Below, one piece after another: positions 12,001-24,000 of a DNA stretch of 64,000 nt. The notes under the pieces were generated by a model. It saw only the letters and a list, made by a program, of their open reading frames with translations, made no database searches and had not been told where the DNA came from. The first letter of the stretch is position 1. Every line of letters starts with the position of its first letter. This DNA is from Candidatus Omnitrophota bacterium (GTDB lineage: Bacteria > Omnitrophota > Gorgyraeia > Zapsychrales > Fredricksoniimonadaceae), in NCBI GenBank assembly GCA_903908245.1, contig CAIVRE010000008.1:1432-65431 (forward strand), given 5' to 3'. The translations under genes were made by a program, and so were the position numbers.

Positions 12001-15000
12001 CAAACGCTTGCCGAACAGCGCCCGCAAACTCTCGAACTCGGAGGGGGTCGGCACATAGGACAATACCAGGACCACGTCATCCGGGATCTCCCCCATGCTC
12101 CTGGCGCGCACGCGGGACTGGGCTTCCACAATAATATTATTCGCCAGCGAAATAAGATACGGCCTTGCCTCCGCCGGAGGGACCTGGGACTCCGCCGCCA
12201 GTGCGGGAGTATCCGTCACTATCATCGCCTGCTCGTAAAGCTGCCGCCTGGAACTGAGATGCCTCCCCTGCCCGGACCCCAGGTGTATCAGCTCCCGTTC
12301 ACAATTCTCCAGCCAGTGCAGGGCAAGGGCAGACCAGTCCGCCGCCAGGGGCACATCGCGCCCCGCGGCATACCAGGAAGACAGCTGCGCGCGCTCCTCG
12401 GCCACGACTTCACGGATCACGTCCGCCATGTTCCCTTCAAACGCATTGAGGACCAGGCCCTTCAGGGCCGCATGCTGATATTCATGTTCATAAAAGAGTT
12501 CGTAAATGATCTCCTCGTAGATCGCGATCACCTCGGCCAGCTGTCCCTGCATCTTCAGCGAGAACAGGAGAGAACTTAAATGCTTCTCCCTTTTCGGGTC
12601 ATCCACAGGCGCGGCATTAAGGGCCGCCCGCGTCTGGGCAGAGGTTACGCGCATCGAGTCAATATAAGCCTGGACCTTGTCCATGCAATTGAGCAGGACC
12701 GCCTCCGCCCAGGACTCGCGCTGGACAGGCGCATCGAACGCCCTCAAAATATCGTTATGGACCATCTGCACATACACATTGTCGCAGACCACGATCCGCT
12801 CCATCACGGTATCGACCGCGGTCCGGCGCTGGCCGTCGCCGGAAAGGCGTTTTCTCTGCGCCTGCGCCATCTCGTCACGGTCCCCGATCGCCGGCAAATA
12901 ATAAAGATGCTGTTCCTTGGCAAGGCTCTGGACAAGAAGGGCGTACAGGGAATCATGAAAATCTTCGGTCTGCTCCAGCTGGCCCTCGCGGAATGCCCAG
13001 GAGGAAAGGACCTCCTTCTCCTCAGGTGCAACAAGATCGCCCACCAGCGCGATAGGATCGATCGGCAACTGCTGCAGGGCGGGGCTTGCCGCGACCCGGT
13101 CGATCAACGCCTCGATCGCAAGGACGGGGTTGATGCTTTTACTGCCAAAAAGTTTCTGCCAGAGGCTATGGCGCTCGCCCTGGTAGGCCGCGCGGACAAC
13201 AGCGGCAATATGATCAAGATTGCGCAGGGCCAGGATGATCCCCACCATATCGCGCGAAAGGGCATTACGCGTCAGCATCTTCAAATACCCGACCCCGGCG
13301 CGGATCCTCACACCGTTATCGGACAGCGGCACGATCTTCTGCTCCATCCGCTGGAAACGCTCGATGCGCTCGGCGACCGCCTCATAACCCGGTTCCTGCT
13401 TCTGCCCGTCCACGGCCTCCGAATGGCTGTAACCCAGCAGTTCAAGCACCTCATGGCGCACAATGACCCGCCGGGCGATGAATACTTCGTCAGGCGATGC
13501 CCCCTGGAACACATCACGGAAGATCTTGTGTGCCGCGCGGGAACGATAAATGACCAGGCTGTCACGCTCACCCTCCACCAGGTCATCAGCGATGACCGCG
13601 ACCTTGTTCAGCTCGCGCAGCGCGCCGTAACGAAGGGCCTTGGGAATATTGTCGTAATCGAACTGGGCAAAGCGGGCATCAACAACATGCGTGCGGCCGT
13701 CGCGGCCGTCAACAAGGACCGTGACCGCCGACAGGTTATCGACCGGGCTTGGCGTAACACGGCCCTCGCGGACCGCCTCCAGGAACGCCCCGCGCCCGCC
13801 CTCGTCGGTATCGCCGAAAAACCCGACCTTCCCCGTTTCGCGCGCCGCATCAACGGCCGGCAGGGCTTCAATATGCAATAACTGCACCTGACGCCAGCCC
13901 AGTTCCACATAAAGGCCATGCTCCCTCAGGACGCGGGCATCGACCTCGACGAACACCTGGCCGCTGACGGCATCAACGATACGATAACGCGGCGCCCCGG
14001 ACCTGAGCAGCTCGTCCATGTCCAGCTTCACAAAAGACTTGCCATCTTTCCCGGCATTGCCGATATGCGCCGCGACCACGGAAACATCCCCCTGATATTC
14101 GCGGATATAAGCCGCGATATCAGGATTTTCCCAGCCCGCCTTGGCATAGGCGTTGCGGCCGCTCCCCAGGCGATATAACGGCGCATTGACGACCTTAAGA
14201 AGCTCGTCGTAGAACGCCCGGAACTTCGGGTCGAACCTGTTCCAGTCGATCGGGGAACGCCGGTCATGCGGGCACGCATACCCCAGCACCGCCTCGGGCT
14301 GGCCGTTGAACAGCATGAACGGCCCCGGCAATGTCGCCAGCAGCCAGGCCACGCACTGGATCTCTTTGGACGTAAGCGTGCGGAGTTTCTCCATGGACGA
14401 ACGGAGGTCCTGATGGGCCGGATCGCGGATATCATGCCCGTCGGAAAGATGGATCGATGGCCCAAGGGCGCGGTCCGTAAAGAAGAACCGCTCCAGCTGT
14501 GCCTGAAAATAAGGCAGGGATCCTTTGCCGTGCAACACATCACACAAGGACGAGCTCAGGTCCACATCGACCATCGCAACATCGATGCCACACGCCTTGA
14601 GGACCAGGCGCTCCCGGTCATCACCCAGCGCTTCGGCCAGGAAGATCACCCCGGGATATTCCCGGCGCAATTCCCGCACCAGGACCGCCCAGAACTCCTC
14701 GGGGAACGCTTTTTCCACCTCGGCCTCACGGCCGGGATGCCATAATTTGATACGCTCTTTAAGCACGCCCTTGGGCGCGTCCAGGCGCAAGCCGCCAAAA
14801 CCAAGCTCCATCTTGTGGCGGGCGACCTTCATCAAATAAGGCACCACCTCGGGATGAAGAAGATCGAATTCCACACAATCCGCAAAATCCCAGGCCCCCC
14901 GGCAATCCGAGGCTTTGGCAAATGACCCGTTCTTTTCCTTGATGAACCACTCCGGATGGGCCCTGACCAGCGGGCTGTCGTCGGCGACATGGTTGGCTAT

Positions 15001-18000
15001 AAAACAATCCAGGACAACGATCCCCAGGCGGCGGGCTTCGCTCAACAGCTCTTTTAATTGCGCCTCCCCGCCGTAAGACGGCTCGACTGCCGTCGGGTCC
15101 CACAGCGCGAACGGCCATTCCCCGTTCCTGTTCGCCGATGTCCCCGTAAGCCAGATGACCTTGACGCCCTGTGCCGCCAGGCGCGGCAGGCCCTCTTTGG
15201 TAATATATTCGATCTGCCCGCCGGCCGGCCCGAAATCCCGCACCATGGCCTGATACCAGACACCCGCCGAAGCCTTGCGCAACGCCTCCGACGGACGAGC
15301 ATCAACGATATCATCGAACAGGCAATAAACGCTCTCGATCGCCGCGGCCAGGCTCCACGCCTGGGCCGGGCACCCTTCCCGGTTCCACTCGACAGGGCTC
15401 CGCGCGTTCCCGCTGAGGATCTCGGGGATCGAACGCCAGGTCGTGCCATCATTAAGGAATGCCTCGACCGACCGGAACCAGCCCGTTCCTGTCAACAACC
15501 CGGCTGTTCTCTCTTTCCCGTCCACATCAATACTGGCTTCAACAAAGCCCTTCATGAGCCAGGGCCAGATCGTCCCCTGATGATACGACTCGATATGTCC
15601 CTCGTTACGATGCTCGGCACGATACGCCTTGTCGTTCATCGACAGCGTCCGCAGTCCGAACGGCGTCAGCAATTCTTTCCTGACCGTATCGAGCGCCCGG
15701 CGCGCCCGATCCCCGCCGAGCAGGGCCGTACGGATCGCGAATACCTGGTTGGGCCGGACCTGGGCCTGCTGCCGCGGATCCCCGTCAATAACATCGAACA
15801 GGCATTGTTTTTCCTCATTCCAGAACTTCGCAAAGCCGGCAGCCACCCGCGCCGCCGCCGTCTCGTACCCGACGGCCCCGGCCTCATCACCCCTGAAACG
15901 CATCACGCGCGACATGAACAGGAGCCCGTCATACCACAACGCATTGATCTCGACGGCCTTGCCATGACGGCTGGTGGTCGGCCTGCCTCTGCCATCCTCG
16001 GGGGCCGCATCCATCCACGTCAAATTGGTATCCTCACTGCCTGCCGCAACAAGGCCGTCCGCCGGATCCATCCGCACACGCACGGTCTGGCGGTACTGCC
16101 CGCGCTCGCCCCAGACATCTTCGCAGGCAACACCCTCAAGGCTCTGCAGTTGCTCCATGATCCCGGCCAACACATCCAGGACTTTAACGGTCTTCCCCGC
16201 ATCCTTTCCGAACTTTCGCACAACAGGATCATTCAGGAAGGCGTAATCCCCGGTCGCTTTGATATGATCGCTGACCGCCCGGAACAGCCAAAAAGTAGCG
16301 TCAACGCTGTTATACCGCGGATCATTGCCGTTCCCGACAAGATTGGGCAACAGGCCGTCCTTGACGAAACGCAGATAATTCCTCAACACCTGCCGGAATA
16401 TTTCATGATTGCCGGTCATGGAACACAGAGCCGGCAGGGAGATCATGGTATCACGGCCCCAGTTCACGTAAGGCGCGCCGGAACGGCGGTCAAAATTCGG
16501 CATCCCGGCCACAACGGTCAGGCCGATATCGGGATCGTTCACAACAAAATCAAAAGCCGCCCGGCGCAAACGTCCGGCCAAAACCTTGACCTGGGCCGCT
16601 TCGTCATCCGGCATCGAAGAACGCCCTTCATCCAGGACACCGCGCAGGCACGCCGCAACAAAAGTCTCTCCCTGTTCAACCGCCCGCGCCTCCAGCGACC
16701 GGAGCATGGAACGGCGAAGTCCGTCAAGCCTGGCCGGGCCAAAAGCCATCACAAGGTCACGGACAACAAAAACCAGTGTCGTGCGCTCACGGGCACTGCG
16801 GCTCCCGGCCAATACCGCCAATACCGCGTCAATATTCTCAAGAGAAGCGAACCGCGCGCCTTCATGCCCGGCCAGGAACGCCAATGCAAGCGCTAGCCTC
16901 TGACGGACAGGATCCCTGTCCGCGCGGTCGAACAGGCCCGCCAGCCGCGCCGGAAAGGACGGATCGACCGGATATCCGAAAAGGACAGCCGATGTCAATG
17001 TCTCCCCGAAAAGAGCCGCCCAACGCACCGCCATATCCCCCGGCAACGTGATCCCCTGCCCGAACCCGCCAAGGATCCGTGCAAAAAGCTCAGGCGTCGT
17101 TTCCACCGCATCCGACAACCGGATCAGGGCCGTAATGCGGGCTTCCTCGTCATCCGATGTAAAATAAATATTCAAAAGCCGGTCGAACATCGCGGCCGCA
17201 TCCGCCGGCTTACGGACAACTTCAAAATAATTCCGGCTGTACGGGGCGGCCTCTCCCCGGCCGGCCGCAAAAACATGAACAGCCTGCTCAAGGATATCGC
17301 GCTGCGCCCGCGTATCGGCATCCGCCAGGGCCGCCAGCATCGACGGCATAATATCCTCGCCGGGCCGGTCCTGATGCTCATCCGCGAAATGGCGGGCCAG
17401 CCGGGCCAGCACTTCCCGGCGGGAAACATCTCTTTCTTTGCGATACCAGCCAAGCAGGGTCGGCAAAAGCGGATTGATCCGGCGGAACTTCTTCTCCGCC
17501 GTGGTCGATTCTTTAAGGCTCCCGTGGAACAACGCCTGCGCCAGCACAAAGATATCCCCGTCCTCATCCCGGCGGCCTCCCGGCACCATCATGCCTGCCA
17601 TCATCGCCATCCCGGCGGTCCCCGTATGAGAAGGAAAGGCCAAAGCCAGCGCAAGAACGCTCAACGCGACCAGGGCCCTGGCGACCCCGCGGCTTAAATG
17701 CCAGAACGGCTTGCAGGCCTCGCCAAAAGACATCCCGAGCGCACGGCCTTCAGGCCCGGCCACCGGAAGGGCATCCACCTCTTCCGCCGTGACCGGCGGA
17801 AAATGATCCATCAGCTCATGGTACAGCCCCCGGCGGTCCGCCGCATCCGGGCCGACAGCCTCGACCGCGGCCAGGAACTCCCGCTCCGCGCGCGCGAGCT
17901 TCAGGCCAAAAGCTTTTTTGGCGAAGAAATAATTGTAACGGAACAGCACCTCCGCCATGGCCATGATGCGCGTCTGCGGCACATACGACGGATGGTTCTG

Positions 18001-21000
18001 TTTCGGCCCGTCATACTTGCGGTACAGAACGTCCCGTGCCAGGTCGACCAGGCTCACCTGCTCGGACTGCTGGTTCCCGTGCTGATCGATATATTCGATC
18101 AACGCCAGGACATGCGGATCGAACAACCCTGTCTTCATGAAGCGCCGGGCCGTTACGATCATGTCGTTGCGCAGGACCCCCATGAGCTCATCCTCGGAGT
18201 AAGGTCCGAAACGGCCATGATGCTCCATGAACAGGTCGCAATTGCGCGGCTCCCGGCCCTGCAAGCAGATCCCCTCGTATTTTCCATTACCGGAGATAAA
18301 AATGACTCCGCGCAAATGATAGTGCACAAAGTTCGCCGTCTCCAGCGCGTTAAAGACCCTGAACTCGGCCCGTCCGCCCAGCGCCGGATAGACGGCAAAC
18401 CCGACCGCGACGGACTGACCGGCGCGGGCATCGCACAGCTTCTGCAGCGCCGCCAGGATCTGTTCATGGCCCTGCGGAAAAGCCTCGGCCAGCGGGGCCA
18501 TTATCTCCGACGGAGCCGAACGCAGGTACCCGCACACCCTTCCCGCCGCCATCGGCACCAGGATATGGGAATCGGTCAGCCACCGGAACACGGCGTCCGC
18601 ATCAACCCCTTCCGCGGCCAACAGGTTCTTGTCGATCTCGAGACGATACTGCCGAGCCGCGTTCTCGATCATGGACCTCATCTGCAGCGGATTTACCAAA
18701 GGCTGAAGGACTCTGCCCTGCGGATCAACGTTGACCTGAACATATCTCTCCCTCTCGCTGTCCTTCTCTTTAAAATGCTTCCTGAGCCGGTCTTCCAGCC
18801 GCGCCAGGTCATAGCGCCCCTTGACCTCGCTCCCGGCCAATTGCCCGCCGGCAAGGACATCCTCCGCCCGTTTCTGCGGGTCTGTACTGCCCGCGAACCG
18901 GTAGGCCGCAACAAGAATATCGCGCGCGCCGGGACTGGTCATGAACGCATCGGCCATCCGGTGGACGACCGACTGCTGATCATTGAGTTTCTTGCGGAAC
19001 CGGAAAAGCGACAGCGCGGCCGCGGCCCGTGCCCTGGCCTCATAGACCATGGCCTTCGAGAGCCAACGACGGAGCGGGATACGGGCCTCTCCCTCCATCC
19101 CCAGCTCGACAAGGCCGTAAGAATCATGATCACCGGTAGAGAAGAAATCCCGGTAACCGACAAAACGGACACGGAAATCATTCTTAAGCTCGATCTTCTC
19201 GAAGAACCGCTCAATGTCCTCGACATGGATCGCAATGTAGTCGGTGGTCGGCATCGACCCCAGCGGAGCCTCGTCCCGGGCCTGGTCTTTAAGCAGGGAC
19301 GCTTCCATCAGGCCTGTCATCTCGGCCGCCTCTTTGGTAAGGTCCACCGCATGCCCTTCCAGATGCAGGACCGCATAGCGGGAGGCCAGTTCAAGGGCCA
19401 GGTCGGCGGCCGGAACACCCCTTTTCAATTTGGCGATCGTACTTTCAAAACGGCGCCGGAGGCCTGCGATCTGGACATCCTTGCCGAACACCAGCTCGGC
19501 CGCGACCTTCTCGGCGGCGAGCTTGGCCAGCCGCTCGTGCAGGCGGCCAAAGTCACTGGCCCGAAGCAGGCTGACCGGATACGCCATGCCACGCAGATAT
19601 TTGCCTGCCACAGGCCCGTTCACATCCGGCCGGGACGCCAGATAGGCGAAAGACGTCACGCGCATCTGGTCGGCATAAACAATGTGGAAATAAATATCGT
19701 ACAACAGCGTCTCAAGCAATTCGCCGGAGGTCTTGCTGGAAGACACGTAACGCGCATAGTTGATGCGCAGGCGGCCATCGAGGATCTCGGCAACGTTCAG
19801 GGTCTTTGGATCAAAGGCAAAAAGGACCGAGGCAGGCATCAGGGCCTGCATCCCCGCGCTCTGCAATCCAAAACGGACATGATGTTCCAGCGCGTAATCC
19901 ACGTTCTTGGCAACATCCATCAGGCGGGAGAGTTCATCGATAAAAACCTCGCGCCCTTCACGTAAAAAGAGCTCGTGGAACCAGCCGATAAAAACATGAT
20001 CCATTTCCGTGATGCAAGAGGTCTCTGCCTGACTGGCAACAAGATCGGACAATAAAGTATGGAACGCACCGGCAGAAATGTCGGCCGGCACGGCCCTGGC
20101 ATTAACGAACTCGGTTACGCTCTTTTTATACGCCGCGCGCTGCTGGGCCGAAGAGCGCGCGATCAGCTGCCATGTCTCCCTTTGCACATTAGAGGTCGCA
20201 AATTTGAAATAACGATCTGCCGCCAGCTGGATAGCGACCGCTTCATTACGGGCAGACAGGTATATCTCGACCATATCCCCGGTGAGTTCCGCATCTTTCG
20301 GATCGACCCGGCGCACGTCGGTCAGCCAGGCCACAAATGTCTTTTTATCCACAAAAGAGCCCGGCGCCCAACGGACATCATTCCCGACCCTGGCCGCCAC
20401 CGGGAAATACGAATACAGAAAAATGGCCCCGTAACGATGCCAGGAAACATCCTTCTCGGCCATGACGACCTGGGTCTGATACAGGATACGGGAAACGCGC
20501 ATCAGCGCTTCACGCACCTCTTTGCGGCGGGAACGATAGGCGAACGACCGGAACGTCGCAGACGAAGCGATACGGGCTTCCTTTAAATGCGGCCAGAACA
20601 AAAGACGGAACACGCGCGACAGGACCACGCGCACCACCCCGTGCCAGCCGGCAAACAGCGCCGGCTCACCCAAACGCGCCCGTGACGAAGCAATGGAGCG
20701 CAGCGATAAAAGGAGCATGGCAATTCCCGCGATCCCTCCGGCCGCAAGCAAACACAATGAAACGATATGCGTTAAGGACATCCCGGCCGTGGCCAACACT
20801 ACCGGGAAAACCAGCCAGGCATGGCTGTAGAGTCGAACATCCTTGTCGGCAGGCAATGACGCGGGCTGCTGCCCGGGGAGCTCAACGCCATCAACCGTGA
20901 ACGCCTCGGCCAGGATCCGGCCCCAGGTGCCCGGCGCCAGGTCCCGGCGGGTATAAAGATCTCCCCCGGTGATCCTCCTGGCGGCCTCGATCATACGAAT

Positions 21001-24000
21001 CAGGGTCCTGTGCCACCCCTGCGATGCCACCGTGCGGACAAACGCCGCGCGCAGGCCGGTATTGGCAGGATCGATCTCACCCTTTTGGGCCTTCTCGGCC
21101 AGAAGCTCGTCGATATTGCGGCGTTCTTTGCTGTTAAGCCCGTCAGCCCCGCGTAACAGCACCGGATGCGGTACCAGAACGCCAAACAACGCAACCTTCG
21201 GCGAAAGCCGCTGATATTCTCCGGTCAATTCATGGATCACGATCCCCTGCGTGACCGTATCCACCACCGCGTCACCATTGAAAATGAACAGATACCCGCG
21301 CACATCCTTCATGCCCGCCGCGACACGGTCATATTTGGGCATCTTGTATTCGACCGTCGCGGCAATGGTCATGTCCATATCCGTACCGCGGTCCTCGGTC
21401 TTGGACTCGACCAGATAAACCCCTGCCGGCAGGACATTCGTCCGCTGATCGTTCTCATTCGAAGCCTGAGGCGCATCAACGGTCAATTCAAAATCTATTT
21501 CCGGATTCCCGAATGAGAACCGGGTGACCCTGGAATTCCGGACCGCATCCTCCAGGCTCCTGGCCGCAACAAGCTCGCCAAGGAACTCGACCTGCGGGCG
21601 GCCCCGGCCGTTGAAGATACGATTGAGAGTGAGTTCAACCCCGGGAACACGGCGCGCGATGAAATGCATCGCCGCCCGGAAGATGTCCGCAAACTCCGGC
21701 TCGCCGGCCATGATCTCCAGCGCCTGACGGGCTCTTGCCGACGTGACAAGATCATGCGGCTCATCATCGACCATGGCCGCGCGCTGACAAATATCATTCT
21801 CTGAAGCAGAAGGATCAACAAAATGCAGGAGCTCATGACGTGCGACCTTGCGCAGATCCTGCGGCGGTGCGCGCAAAGCGTAATTGTAGCTGACAAACAA
21901 ACGGCCGGCGGCAATATCAGCCTCGGCAATAATACCGGGGACGCTTTCCTCGATAGCAATACCATAAATATCAATACCCTCTGCGCCTTTACCGATCACG
22001 CGCCGGGCATCCGCCAGTGCCAGACGGACCCTGCCGCGAGCCTGGGCCTTCTCGATGTCCGTAAGCGGCACGCGCGGCTCGGTCTCCCCCTCGGGATATC
22101 CACGGCGCATGGGTTTCAGATGCGCGGTCAGCCACGGCACTTCCTGTGACCCGTACTCCCACAAAGCCGCTCCCGTCAACCAATACACCTTAGCCATACC
22201 ATCCGCGCGCATTTCCAGGAAGATCTGACTGTTGAAATCCAGGCAAAGCTCGGGACGGGCATTGTCAAGCATCGCATCCTTGATCCTCATCCCCGGCGTA
22301 GAAAGAGCCTCGAACCCGCCCCATGTGCCCCTGGAATGCCCCACGACCTGCGGCGGAATGCCTGGCACTGCCCGGGTCTGGTCGGCATCCGCCCAGAAAA
22401 TACCGCCGTACTCATTCCCGAAATTATCACTGGTCCTCGATCCCGGGACCCAGAAAAGCGGATGCGACATCACCCAGGCAATCTTCTCCTGGTCATCCCC
22501 GGCGTCGAGGACGATCTGCGCGGCCATACGAACGAAATCATTGATATACGCGACAACATCCCGGATCATCACCATCTGAACCGGGATCCCCTGCTGACGC
22601 GCCACTTCTTCCTTCAGGGATGCGAACATTTCCGGTACCAGCCCGCCATGAACGAACAGAACCCCTTTATGCAGGTACGCCCCGGGCAACCGGCCGGAAG
22701 CCGTTGCCTCAAGCACATACCTGCGCATTGCTTTATGTTCCGGCGTTGATTCGATCTGAAGCGAGCACAAAACCTTGTAAATACGGCTCACATGCCGGCC
22801 GCCGCGGATCTCGCCAAAGACCTTTAGCGGATCATTGGCCGCCTCCCAGCGCGCCCACCCGCCGGCGACAGGCGAAAGGTATTTCTGCTCGATCATCCAG
22901 TCGAACACCGACTCATCATCCGTGAACGCGCCCTTGCCAACGAATCCGTCGGCATTCCAGAGCATCAGCTCGTGATTCCCCATAAGCGTGACCACGCGCC
23001 CGCCGGCCTTCCCGGCCTCGACCTGCAGCGTTTCCAGGAAACGGAAAACGCTCATTGTATTGCGGATCCCCTCTTCGGTTTCCTGGCGCGTCACATCCCC
23101 CAGCTGAATGACCGTCGTATCGCCGCCGATCCAATGGTCCTGGTCATCGATCACCTTCATAAAACGCAAATGCGCGATCACGGAATCCAGCCATCCGTGA
23201 ACATCCGCCAAGACCACCGTACGGCCGGCCTTGTCATCAGCAGTGATCACCTTTGAAGTCGGAAGCGCCTGGACTTTGAAAGCGGACGTAGACGCCGGTA
23301 TCACGGGATCAGCCTTTACAACAGCCTCTTGGCTCTTCTTTCTCAACATCCAGGCAACAACAGAACCGGCCGCCAACGCCAAAAGCCCGGCGAGAGACGC
23401 ATAGAGGATCCACAGGTTGTTCACCGCCGGATGCGGCGCCTGCGGAACCACAGCTGATTGCGTTGCCGGGACATTGGGGACAATATTCGTGGACGGAACC
23501 GCGGGCTTAATGACCGCGGGAATCGTCGCAGGCTGAGCCGGAACATTAGTGACCGGTGTCACAACAGGCGCCGGAACCGTCGGCGCCACAGGCGCGGGCG
23601 GCTGAACAACCGCGACCGGCCGAGCCACTTTCTTCATCAACAGCTCGCGGACAACTTCCGCCGCAGGCTTGGGCGTCAGGTCGCTCTTGAAAAGACCAAA
23701 ATCATTCTCATTGGCGAAATTGTCATACGCCATACCCTCATGCCTGGCGCTGCCCGTTTTCCAGGACTCGTTGGTGAGCTCGAAAACAAACATACCCTTA
23801 AAGCGGGGATCCTTTGCCTTGTCGAGGCCCGCGATCATGCTCTTCAAAATATTACCGACCGCGCGAGTCTGCATCGGCGCATCCTCACGGCCGGTACGAT
23901 TGTTGAAAGAATCGGCGCCGGCCTCACCGAGCACAAGATGGACATCCTTCGGCATCCCCTCGGCAGAAAGCATCTGCTGCCAATCCCTGATGACACTCGC

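Noticed and set aside
10860-16570. Calling ptsI, an amylase and a debranching enzyme as separate genes of an operon
   Set aside because: There are no stop codons or intergenic gaps between them; they are domains of one ORF.
18360-18430. SVAVGFAVYP resembling a GGDEF-domain C-terminal strand
   Set aside because: No GG(D/E)EF or upstream DxDxFK motif was found nearby.
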